Virus record (IMG/VR): IMGVR_UViG_3300009431_000003
Strand: one strand, 5' to 3'
Source: a virus
Length of the DNA stretch: 64,000 nt
Shown here: in pieces, positions 46,613-55,823 of the stretch
How the letters are laid out: each line of letters begins with the position of its first letter
How positions within the stretch are numbered: the stretch's first letter is position 1
Notes under the pieces: model-generated
What the model was told of the DNA's origin: nothing
The model's database searches: none
What the model saw: the letters and a program-made list of their open reading frames with translations, nothing else
Position numbers and translations under genes: made by a program

Positions 46613-47019
46613 TTAAATGTCCTGTTTGTGACTCCGAAACTATTCGGATGGAACAGAGAGTCAGCGAACTATGGTCAATTGAGGAAGAAGAAAAAGATCA
46701 TACTCTCAAAGAATTTGAATTGGTAAAAACAATCCCTCTCAATAACCCACAAAAATCAGTTTACTGCCCAGATTGCGGTACCAACTGGACGTACGAAAAC
46801 TTTGAGCGCCAATATGAAACACATAGACTTACCAAACTTCTGGAAAACAACGGCTTCGTAGCCGAGGACTTGGACGAGTTAGTTCACAAGGTTTACAGTA
46901 ATAGCGCTTCTCTAATCAATAATTCAGGAATAAAAGCACAAATATCTGCGTTGCTAGGCTTCTCAAGCCAAAAACATGTCCGCACCAGTATTGCACAACT
47001 ACTCAAAAAGGAGAATTGA
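46609..47019 (+). CDS. Zn-ribbon protein, 136 aa
   Basis: CPVC...CPDC; ATGA coupling. Confidence 0.7.
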   Translation: MIKCPVCDSETIRMEQRVSELWSIEEEEKDHTLKEFELVKTIPLNNPQKSVYCPDCGTNWTYENFERQYETHRLTKLLENNGFVAEDLDELVHKVYSNSASLINNSGIKAQISALLGFSSQKHVRTSIAQLLKKEN

Positions 47020-47020
47020 T

Positions 47021-48022
47021 ATGTCCGCAGGAATTACAAAGACAGATGGAATGTTCTATTTTGGTGACACGCCTTGGCACGGTCTCGGCACAGAACTAAA
47101 AGAGCTTGCTACGGCCCAACAAGCTATCGCAGCCGCAGGTTTGGAATGGACAGTTTCTAAGCATCCCCTTGCTTGGGGGATACTAAAAGAACGCCCTGAT
47201 GGAAAAGGTGGCGTAGAAGATCATATCGAAAACTGGCAGAGGGCTAAAGGACGCTTTGCTATGATCCGTGATGATAATAATGCGTTTCTCGGAACCGTAA
47301 GAGGTGTTTATCAACCTCTCCAAAATATTGAAGCCTTTAATTTTATGGATTCTTTGGTGGAAGGAGAAAAAGTACTGTACCACACTGCGGGCTCTTTGCA
47401 TGGCGGGCGCAGAATATGGATGCTGGCTCAAATGCCAAAAATGGTTGTTCTTGATAATAATGGAGAAGACAAAATTGGCTCCTTTCTTCTCTTAGCCAAT
47501 GCTCATGACAGCACCATGTCTGTCACTATTAAACATACTAATATTCGAGTTGTATGCGCCAATACTTTGGAGTTTTCTCTCCAAGAAGATGACGCTCTTC
47601 CTATTATCAGAATTAGTCACAGTACTTCAATGCACTCACAGATTGAAAAGACAAAGGACATTCTTCGATTGAGTGAGCAATCTCTACATAACGTGTATAG
47701 TATTGCCACCGGACTAAAACAACGCAGCTTCACCACACAAAAGTTCAAGAAATATATTGAAGCTCTTTTCCCGGACAACCCTGAAGCAAAGAACCACACA
47801 AGGAGTCAAAATATTCGCAAGAAAATCATTGATCTATGGGAAGGCGAAGGCAGAGGGTTAAATATCTCCGGCGTTCAAGGGACCGGATGGGCTGCGTACA
47901 ACGCTGTTGCAGAATACCTTGACTGGATCCGCGGCAGAAATGCCAATAACAGAATGGAAGCCACTTGGTTTGGTGATAACAGGAACATCAAGGAGCGTGC
48001 TTTAGTTTTAGCCAACGCTTAA
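47021..48022 (+). CDS. DUF932 / phage-plasmid TIGR03299-like protein
   Basis: TPWHGLG...AGLEWTV...YQPLQN...TAGSLHGGRRIW...NAHD...RVVCANTL...GTGWAAYNAVAEYLD. Confidence 0.9.
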   Translation: MSAGITKTDGMFYFGDTPWHGLGTELKELATAQQAIAAAGLEWTVSKHPLAWGILKERPDGKGGVEDHIENWQRAKGRFAMIRDDNNAFLGTVRGVYQPLQNIEAFNFMDSLVEGEKVLYHTAGSLHGGRRIWMLAQMPKMVVLDNNGEDKIGSFLLLANAHDSTMSVTIKHTNIRVVCANTLEFSLQEDDALPIIRISHSTSMHSQIEKTKDILRLSEQSLHNVYSIATGLKQRSFTTQKFKKYIEALFPDNPEAKNHTRSQNIRKKIIDLWEGEGRGLNISGVQGTGWAAYNAVAEYLDWIRGRNANNRMEATWFGDNRNIKERALVLANA

Positions 48023-48029
48023 GGTTATA

Positions 48030-48062
48030 AGTTTGGGAAGGATTCTTAATCCTTCCCAAACT
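48030..48062. terminator. Perfect 15-bp hairpin (terminator or processing site)
   Basis: AGTTTGGGAAGGATT-ctt-AATCCTTCCCAAACT directly after the DUF932 stop; no clear U tract. Confidence 0.65.
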
Positions 48063-48064
48063 AC

Positions 48065-48094
48065 TTGACACTATTAATTTTAATTACTTATAAT
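48065..48094 (+). promoter_or_regulatory. Consensus sigma70 promoter TTGACA-N18-TATAAT
   Basis: Both hexamers are exact consensus. Confidence 0.8.
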
Positions 48095-48102
48095 TACAGA
48101 CT

Positions 48103-48735
48103 ATGTTTTATCACAAAAACTTACTCTTTATACATATCCCGAAAACAGGAGGCACTTCTACTACAGAATACTTTAAAAAGGCGTTCAATCATGACACCGC
48201 AGAAGAAGCTCAAGGACTTCATAAACGAAAGCATTTTAGCCTGCAACAGATGCATAACGCAAATGATATCCTAAAGATACCATTTAAAACAATCACAGAA
48301 ATTTCAGTTATTTTTAGGCTGCCATTTGAACAAGTAGTATCCTTGTATCATCACTACAGACAGATCGCTTCTCCTATGAAAATATATCAAAAAGTAGAGC
48401 ATGTACAAAAAGCAGTAGAATTACCTTTTAATTCTTGGATACTTTGGGCTTCTACACATAACCTAAATAAATCAATAGGTAGAAGTTACGAAAAATATAT
48501 TTTTATAGAGGATAAAGTACCTACCAAATTAAAAATAATTGAATATTCTAATCTCCACAAAGAAGTGAGGGCAGTAGTTAAAAGGCATAAAGGAAATTAC
48601 AATACAGCATTTCCTCATCTACTTAAAACAAATCATAAACCTTGGCACATTTATTATAATAAAAAATCCCGCTCCATTATAGAAAAGCACTACTTATGGG
48701 TCTTCAAGCATTATTATCCTAATCTGCTTTCTTGA
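48103..48735 (+). CDS. Sulfotransferase family 2 (carbohydrate sulfotransferase-like)
   Basis: 5'-PSB FIHIPKTGGTS; 3'-PB IFRLPFEQVVSLY. Confidence 0.85.
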   Translation: MFYHKNLLFIHIPKTGGTSTTEYFKKAFNHDTAEEAQGLHKRKHFSLQQMHNANDILKIPFKTITEISVIFRLPFEQVVSLYHHYRQIASPMKIYQKVEHVQKAVELPFNSWILWASTHNLNKSIGRSYEKYIFIEDKVPTKLKIIEYSNLHKEVRAVVKRHKGNYNTAFPHLLKTNHKPWHIYYNKKSRSIIEKHYLWVFKHYYPNLLS

Positions 48736-49354
48736 CATTCTCATATTTATACCCAAAAAAAGATATCTCCTCTTTATACCGATAGTGTACAAGATTTCGT
48801 AGCTCCTTATTATAATAATACGAATAGTGCTTTCTATTTTTTGTGGTATTCATTTTGCTTAATTTTGGTACCAAATCTAATATACCAGCTATACGAGCCC
48901 AGTCTTCATCAAACCTTTCAACCCTCCCTATAAAATCAGGCAACCACAAACCACAAGATGTACGTAGTAAAAAAGGCTGAGAAGCTATATGATTTTCTGT
49001 ATTTTCATCAGGTAACCTACACACTTGCTTAATAAAGGAACCAAAAGACATCCCAACCTTAAATTTTGGAGAACAATCTCTAAACGACTGAAGAATATGG
49101 GGCTCTGTTGATTCTTTTATTTTTTGATACCAACAAGAGACTAGCCTATCCCAAGTATTCCGCACAAAAGTAAAAAAGAAGTAACCCTCATTTTTTAATT
49201 CAAGCATCAATTCGTCAGACACATCAGGCCTATGCTCCCCATAATGGCGCTCTAGTCCTCTTGCTATTGTAGTACTCGCCGCCTTTAATGAGCGTACAAA
49301 GACAAGGCGCTTGGAATCAATAACCCAATAATTCTGAGCCCTATTATGTGCCAC
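48719..49354 (-). CDS. Sulfotransferase family 2 (carbohydrate sulfotransferase-like)
   Basis: FVRSLKAASTTI; FTFVRNTWDRLVSCW; HIASQ; DFIGRVERFDED. Confidence 0.85.
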   Translation of the reverse strand: MAHNRAQNYWVIDSKRLVFVRSLKAASTTIARGLERHYGEHRPDVSDELMLELKNEGYFFFTFVRNTWDRLVSCWYQKIKESTEPHILQSFRDCSPKFKVGMSFGSFIKQVCRLPDENTENHIASQPFLLRTSCGLWLPDFIGRVERFDEDWARIAGILDLVPKLSKMNTTKNRKHYSYYYNKELRNLVHYRYKEEISFFGYKYENVKKAD

Positions 49355-49365
49355 AGATAAGCTTT

Positions 49366-52300
49366 CTATTTTTTATGACAAAAAAATATATAATCTTTCA
49401 TCAGGCCATATTTCTTTACATCATTAGGACGGAAAATATCAGAAGTTTTCAATACTTGTACAACAAAACCGACAGACTCTAAACGATCAACAATATCTAA
49501 ACCATAAGATCTGACATGCTCTGGATTAGCAAAATACTCGGCTGACTTCTTAAAACTTATACCCTCAACAGTTACTTCCTCTAAAATCGGAACCATAATA
49601 ACTGCCCAACTACCGATTTTAAGTACCCGATGTAATTCTCTCATAGCTTGTATATCATCATTAATGTGCTCCAACAAATGAACAGAAATAATAGCATCGA
49701 AGGAATTAAGGTCTTTAGGAATTGAAGTTATATCCACCCTTCTTAATTCTCCAGGGACCACATTAGAAGTAATATACTCAAGCTTAGAAAAAGAACTAAG
49801 TGCTTTCTTAATTCCTGCATTCGGGGAAAAATGCAAAACTTTGTATTTATTTTTAAAAAGTTTAGTTTTCCTTTTTAAAAATAAATACAACATACGATGG
49901 CGCTCTAAGGAGCCGCACTTGGGGCATTGAGCATCCTTCCTATTCACAGAACCAAAAGAACTAAAAGAACCCGTAAATGAGCATACCGGACAGTTCTTAT
50001 TGTCCTTACTTTCTTGCTCTGATATTTTGGGTTCCCAAATGTAAGTAGGGGTGTGGGCATAAGGACCTATAGCAGAATATTCCCATTCTTTTAAAAACTG
50101 ATCTATTTCTTTTTTATGTTTTACAGTATGACATTCACAGACAATAATGGGCTGTGAAGCTTTAATAATTTTTCTTGCCCCTTTAAGAGCAGCAAGTTCA
50201 TGCCCTTCTATATCAAGCTTAATAATTGAAACACTATCTTGCTTCACAAGAGAATCTAGCCGAAGATACCCCACCCCAAAAGTACCAACAGTAGAAAGCG
50301 TTTTGGTTCCTCCTACATTATTCGGATCGATATCATCAATTCCTCGTATTGGGGTATGTTTAGTTGATAAGCCCGCTGCTGCACAAATCACGCTGAATGT
50401 CTTGCTGAATAAATTATTAGTCTTAAGGTTATGATGAAGAATACTCGCCACCCCAGGAACTGCTTCAATAGAGATAACTTTATCTGAAAAGCATTCATTA
50501 AGAAAAAAGACTGCATGATTACCTATATTTCCTCCTACATCCAAATACGTGCCTTTTTTATTATAGCTCTTTAGCTTTTCAAGCAAATCCAGTTCATAAA
50601 ACTTGTTACTTGAACTAAGTCTTTGGTACAAAATATCTGACTCTGTTGCACAAAATATTTTATAAGTATGCTCTTTATACTTACAAACTGCACCAAGGCT
50701 AAAATTTACACCGCCCACAATATCCTCACTTTCAAATACACAATTCTCTTCATTTTCTATATAATTCTCTTCCCGAACAAACAATTCGTTTCCTGTCCCT
50801 GTATTTAACTGCGATTGTGTGGTCAGATGCCGGATAAAAGAACGTGCAGGGGCATAAAAATAATAATTTCCATTCATCATCCTATCAGCTATCTGAGGAA
50901 ATACTCCAGAACTTAAATACGGTTTATTATTCCATCTGGAACTAGCCACAGGAAATATCCTATGATCCAACAGTTTTGGTAATCGAGTAGCTGGGGCAAG
51001 CCACCCTTGCCCATCCATCCAATAATGTCGAACCACTACCTCATCACTAATCACCACTTCTTCCGCCAACTTCCGCCTCCAAGGATTAGTTCGAAAGCGT
51101 ACGTCACGAAACATACTCAAAGCCACTGCTTTTTTGTCGTGAGAAACTTTTTGCCATAAATTAAGCGCCTTCTCAAATATTCTATCACATAATTGAACAT
51201 CGTCTTGAATAACAGAAAGATACTTTGCTCCAGAATTTTTGAAAGACCTTAAAATTGCATCATGTATTCTCCAAAAGCCTGGTCGCCCATTTCGGGCAGA
51301 CAATTTACGATAGGACACAAACGAATATTTATTTACCAAATTAATTACCTCAGGGTATGGAAGCATCGAACAGTCATCAATAACCTCTATTTGCAAAGAG
51401 CACCCCCTTCCTTGCTCACGTATAATTGACCTAAGAGCTTTCTCTGCAAGCTCTGGACGATTATATGTAGTCAGATATACTTTTATGCTAGGCTGGTTAA
51501 TCTTGGTCTGGGGCGTCTTAGTCTCTATTATTGTGGAGTCATTCCATAATTGATGAAAGTCTATACTCTCGTAAACTTGTTCTGGGGTAATAGCTCTCAT
51601 ACAAGAAGCTTTATCGCAACCGATTTTACCTTTTGCTCCATAACACGGGAACCTCTTACAGCCTCCACCAGTACTCTGTATACAAAGAATTCTGCCGTTT
51701 GCAGGACTACACTTAGACCATAAAGTAGAACCAAATAATGCTACACCAGGAACCCCAACAGCATCAGCAACATGCATAAGGCCAGTATCATTACCTATAG
51801 CAAAATCACACATAGATAAAGCATCTGCTGTCTGATCCAGTGTTAATTTCCCTGCTGTATTTATACCTCGGTTTCCTAAAGTACGGCAAAGCCTATCACC
51901 ATACGCAAACTCTTTCTTGTCTCCAAAATAAATAAAGCGAACATCATGCTCTTGCAAAATTATTTTAGTTAGCTTTATCATATACTCTATCGGCCATAAT
52001 TTATGTGACCAGCTAGGATGACAACCATTATAAACAGCTATAGTACGCTTATCTCTCTTAACTATATTATTTGCATTTCTCGTCTTTATTGTTGAAGGGT
52101 ACTTAACAGTCCCTGGAATAATATCTAAATATGCCTGAGTTTCCGTTATTCCTAAAGCTTTCCAGTTTACCATAGGCTGCATAATCTGAGTAACATTATG
52201 CTTAGGTAAATTTTTTGGACTAAAACACCAAAGGGCAATTACCCGAGAAACATCTTGAGCCAATTTTGTTGTAGGAGATAGCTCTTTGACAGGCCACTTT

Positions 52301-54375
52301 GATATTGACTTAATTGCCGGTATTCTTGGATCATTATATTTTATATAAATTATTGGATTATTTAGATTCTGAATAAAAGGAGTTGCTTGAATAAAATTCC
52401 CGATACCATTATTAAAAAATACAGCATCTGAACTCAGTACCTTAACATCTTTATAGTTATACTTATAAAACCTACTAAACCGTTTGGAAATATCCCTTAG
52501 AGCTTTGGTAGGTTGATATGTTTTTGTAAGTTGTCCTGAATGCATACGATACTTACAAAATACCTGATCTACTAAAGCAAAAGTATACCCATTTAAAGAT
52601 AACTTACACCACAGATCAAAATCCTGTGCCTCTTGATTTGGTTGATCACTGTAATAGCCACCCACACGTACTACCGCATCTTTTCTAAAACATACAGTAG
52701 AGTGCCCAATACACCATCCCTGCTCCCACATAAACTTAGACTGATCTACTTTAAAAGAGGTACGGCGCACGTTGCCATACCCAACCGTCGAATTACTCTT
52801 ACTATCTATATAATCCATTTGACCAGACAACACTGATACTTCTTTATGCTTAAGCAAATACTCAACTTGAAATCTTAAACGATCAGGGACCATAACATCA
52901 TCAGAGTCTAAAACAGCGATACACTTACTATTACAGCCCATTAGAGCACTATTTCTAGCAGCAACAATCCCCTCATGCTTTAACCAAATAATCTTTACCC
53001 AAGAAAGTCTCTCATATTTTTTTAAAACCTCTATCGTCCCTGGATCAGTCGAACCATCATCAGCAACAACTAACTGTTTAATAACTCCTTTTTGTTTTTC
53101 TATAGAAGCTATAGCCTCTTCTAAAAAGCGTGACTTTGTATTATACACCACCATTAAAACAGCTACTTCATAGCTTTTTTGTGTTTTCGGTTTTGTCTTG
53201 AACCTATTAAGTACTTTTTTCTTAGGGAGCATACTTTCTTTACGTCGCTGTGTTTTTCTTTTTATTGCAGCAGGTATTCCTGATTTCTGTTTAGTATTTA
53301 CTTTTAAGCTTTTTGCTTCCCCAATCACATGAACAAATCTTTTAGTCATCGCAGCCACAGAATGCTCCTTATCCGCAAAAGTAAATGCCTGTTCCGCAAG
53401 GGTTTTTCTTACATAAGGGTTACGTAAGTCCCTCATTACATTACCAAACTCTTTCAAAGAATCAAAATACTTTATAGCGTCGTTTGGTATTTCCAAGTGA
53501 TAGACACTTGGGCCGCATACTTTCCTGGCCAGAACAGGCACCCCAGACCGCATAGCCTCAACAATAGTCTGTGGCCAGCCTTCCCAGTCAGAATAAACAA
53601 TATGAACATCCATTTTAGCAAAAAGAGCTGCCCGGTCCTCTACATCTACAATTAATTCTATGCCAGGTGCTCCTTTTATCTCTTTTTTTAGTGCCTTAAA
53701 ATAACCTGCAGCATATGGAGCAAAGCCGCCAGCAACAAGTAGACGATCCCCAGATTTCCTAGCCCGCTTAAAAGCCCTTACAATTTCCACAGCTTTCTTA
53801 CGTGGCTCGAAGTTTCCAAAATACCCAATAGTAAGATTTCTGCCAGTACCTATTTTCGGAGAACAACGGAGATCTGTAGATGAGAGAATCGAGACACAAT
53901 TTGTCTTTCTATATTTTTTCTCATATGCAGCAACTATACCTTTTCCAACTCCGATTACAGTATGAATTTTATCTTTACCGTAATCAATTGCCTTGTATCC
54001 CCAAGCATCCATTGTATGAGCAACATAAATATAGCTTACGCCCAGATGAGGACTAAGAACACTTGGAATATTCGCTGGGCCGGCAAACACTACAATATCC
54101 GCACGAAAGGATCGGACAAAGGAAATAAGGGCACTATCCTTTGTTCCTAAATATTTAACAGGAGAATTTCCCGCCCGCCGCTGGTATACTTTAAGCGCTT
54201 CATTATAGACTTTGCCGCGCCACCCAACATAAGCTTTCCTGGCAGAATCTCCAAGAGAATTGCCTAGAGAAATTAAGTGACCGAAAACCCCGCCCCAATG
54301 AAGCCCGGGATATACAAAAACAATTCTTGGTTTATTCATAAATATTGTACTATCACCATAAGCTACTAATTCCAA
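49366..54375 (-). CDS. Six-domain glycan-synthesis polyprotein GT4-GT2-GT9-GT2-like-FkbM MTase-class I MTase, 1669 aa (likely start MNKPR at 54339)
   Basis: EGWPQTIVEAM (GT4); VADDGSTD/VLDSDD (GT2); GIGNFIQ/GNDTGLMH (GT9); TTYNRP/VIDDCS/QDD (GT-A); LDVGGNIG/KLDIEG (FkbM); CPVC..CPKC/HLLEHI/ELHRVLK (MTase). Confidence 0.9.
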   Translation of the reverse strand: MELVAYGDSTIFMNKPRIVFVYPGLHWGGVFGHLISLGNSLGDSARKAYVGWRGKVYNEALKVYQRRAGNSPVKYLGTKDSALISFVRSFRADIVVFAGPANIPSVLSPHLGVSYIYVAHTMDAWGYKAIDYGKDKIHTVIGVGKGIVAAYEKKYRKTNCVSILSSTDLRCSPKIGTGRNLTIGYFGNFEPRKKAVEIVRAFKRARKSGDRLLVAGGFAPYAAGYFKALKKEIKGAPGIELIVDVEDRAALFAKMDVHIVYSDWEGWPQTIVEAMRSGVPVLARKVCGPSVYHLEIPNDAIKYFDSLKEFGNVMRDLRNPYVRKTLAEQAFTFADKEHSVAAMTKRFVHVIGEAKSLKVNTKQKSGIPAAIKRKTQRRKESMLPKKKVLNRFKTKPKTQKSYEVAVLMVVYNTKSRFLEEAIASIEKQKGVIKQLVVADDGSTDPGTIEVLKKYERLSWVKIIWLKHEGIVAARNSALMGCNSKCIAVLDSDDVMVPDRLRFQVEYLLKHKEVSVLSGQMDYIDSKSNSTVGYGNVRRTSFKVDQSKFMWEQGWCIGHSTVCFRKDAVVRVGGYYSDQPNQEAQDFDLWCKLSLNGYTFALVDQVFCKYRMHSGQLTKTYQPTKALRDISKRFSRFYKYNYKDVKVLSSDAVFFNNGIGNFIQATPFIQNLNNPIIYIKYNDPRIPAIKSISKWPVKELSPTTKLAQDVSRVIALWCFSPKNLPKHNVTQIMQPMVNWKALGITETQAYLDIIPGTVKYPSTIKTRNANNIVKRDKRTIAVYNGCHPSWSHKLWPIEYMIKLTKIILQEHDVRFIYFGDKKEFAYGDRLCRTLGNRGINTAGKLTLDQTADALSMCDFAIGNDTGLMHVADAVGVPGVALFGSTLWSKCSPANGRILCIQSTGGGCKRFPCYGAKGKIGCDKASCMRAITPEQVYESIDFHQLWNDSTIIETKTPQTKINQPSIKVYLTTYNRPELAEKALRSIIREQGRGCSLQIEVIDDCSMLPYPEVINLVNKYSFVSYRKLSARNGRPGFWRIHDAILRSFKNSGAKYLSVIQDDVQLCDRIFEKALNLWQKVSHDKKAVALSMFRDVRFRTNPWRRKLAEEVVISDEVVVRHYWMDGQGWLAPATRLPKLLDHRIFPVASSRWNNKPYLSSGVFPQIADRMMNGNYYFYAPARSFIRHLTTQSQLNTGTGNELFVREENYIENEENCVFESEDIVGGVNFSLGAVCKYKEHTYKIFCATESDILYQRLSSSNKFYELDLLEKLKSYNKKGTYLDVGGNIGNHAVFFLNECFSDKVISIEAVPGVASILHHNLKTNNLFSKTFSVICAAAGLSTKHTPIRGIDDIDPNNVGGTKTLSTVGTFGVGYLRLDSLVKQDSVSIIKLDIEGHELAALKGARKIIKASQPIIVCECHTVKHKKEIDQFLKEWEYSAIGPYAHTPTYIWEPKISEQESKDNKNCPVCSFTGSFSSFGSVNRKDAQCPKCGSLERHRMLYLFLKRKTKLFKNKYKVLHFSPNAGIKKALSSFSKLEYITSNVVPGELRRVDITSIPKDLNSFDAIISVHLLEHINDDIQAMRELHRVLKIGSWAVIMVPILEEVTVEGISFKKSAEYFANPEHVRSYGLDIVDRLESVGFVVQVLKTSDIFRPNDVKKYGLMKDYIFFCHKK

Positions 54376-54386
54376 GGAGGACTATC

Positions 54387-54713
54387 ATGCAAGATCTTTC
54401 ACAACCTTTTACCTCACAAATTGGTCCCATAGTGGTGCCAATAACTATACAACGTGAGTATGATCCTGAAAAGGAAAAAATGAGACAATATCTTATAGAG
54501 GTGGTTGTAACTTTCTATATTGACTTAATGGGTATATGCGTCTCAGAGCCTCTTTCGGAAGTACTTAGTGATATATTTTACGGAAAACAGACCCCGCCGG
54601 CCTTTTGGTCACTTCAATATCTTCAGGAATATATTAACTCAATCGGGCTGCCGCCAAATTACTTAGAAATGGAAGACGAAAAATGGGAACTTCTTGAAAC
54701 TTTTGCCTACTAA
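54387..54713 (+). CDS. Hypothetical protein (start MQDLSQ)
   Basis: AAGGAGG RBS. Confidence 0.7.
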   Translation: MQDLSQPFTSQIGPIVVPITIQREYDPEKEKMRQYLIEVVVTFYIDLMGICVSEPLSEVLSDIFYGKQTPPAFWSLQYLQEYINSIGLPPNYLEMEDEKWELLETFAY

Positions 54714-54725
54714 AAGGAGCGTATT

Positions 54726-55541
54726 ATGGGAACAGGATGGCATGCGTGTTGTAACCCCCGAATGAGGAAAGATGAAATACTCAACGGATTAACAGAAATA
54801 GAAAAGAGTAGAGTAGTTGGACATAATCAGGTCCGGTATAAGCTTATCGGCGGTCCTACGATACTTCGATATACCCACACAGACATAGTAATCTTTGACG
54901 AAAAAACAGGTATCGCAACTTTGGATCACGGCGGCTGGATGACAAAAGCCACGAGAGGACGTATAAATGCAGAACTACAATATCATGGTCTATGCTCCAG
55001 CAATTGGGGTCCAGTTATTAACCTAGATCAAGGCAGAGGCTGGGCTGTTGAGGCTAAAATAAATATCAAACAAGACCAACTAAAAGAGAAGATATTCTTC
55101 TTCAACGGCATCCAGGTAAAAGCCACAGATCCTGTATCCAGCGCCTTGACTGTTGTAGACCCAAAACCCGGAATAATCGCTGAAAAATTGCACAAAAAAT
55201 ATAACAAAATGATCAAGGCCTATATCAAAAAGATGAAGAAAATGCTCGCAGAGGATGGACCAATAATGCCTGAAGAAGGAGATTGTTGGTTATGTTGCAT
55301 GGTCTCCAGCAAAACAAAGAAACCTTGGGGAGATGAAGATATTGATCACTTTGTTACTCACTTGGAGGAACAATACGTTCATGGTTCCTTGATACTCAAC
55401 GCCCATCGATGGGCTAATAAAGAAAATCTTCTTGGGTTTGCCTATACCACAGGCGAAGGCAAGCTACATAAATATGAAATAGATAACATCGCTAAAACAG
55501 TACAAAGATACTTAAAAGCGAAAGTCGGCCTCAATTATTAA
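54726..55541 (+). CDS. Hypothetical phage protein, 271 aa
   Basis: AAGGAG RBS. Confidence 0.75.
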   Translation: MGTGWHACCNPRMRKDEILNGLTEIEKSRVVGHNQVRYKLIGGPTILRYTHTDIVIFDEKTGIATLDHGGWMTKATRGRINAELQYHGLCSSNWGPVINLDQGRGWAVEAKINIKQDQLKEKIFFFNGIQVKATDPVSSALTVVDPKPGIIAEKLHKKYNKMIKAYIKKMKKMLAEDGPIMPEEGDCWLCCMVSSKTKKPWGDEDIDHFVTHLEEQYVHGSLILNAHRWANKENLLGFAYTTGEGKLHKYEIDNIAKTVQRYLKAKVGLNY

Positions 55542-55550
55542 GGAGAAAAT

Positions 55551-55793
55551 ATGACGACAACAGTACACGATAATAAAACAGACCGGGAGTATGTCTATAG
55601 TCTGTCTCCAAAGCATGCTCTTGTATGTGCTTATTATCAGTATGCTCTGAACAACTGGCGTACTTATGAATATGACTACACCAAATGGGACTTTGAAACA
55701 GAAGGAACACAGCTCTTTTTTAAGCCACCAGGACAAACCCACAGAAAAAGATTCTCTGTACCAATAACTAAAACAAAGAAGACAACCTCGTAA
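55551..55793 (+). CDS. Hypothetical protein, 80 aa
   Basis: AAGGAG RBS. Confidence 0.7.
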   Translation: MTTTVHDNKTDREYVYSLSPKHALVCAYYQYALNNWRTYEYDYTKWDFETEGTQLFFKPPGQTHRKRFSVPITKTKKTTS

Positions 55794-55823
55794 TCACCCA
55801 TAAGAGTAGTGAAAGGAGGCTAT

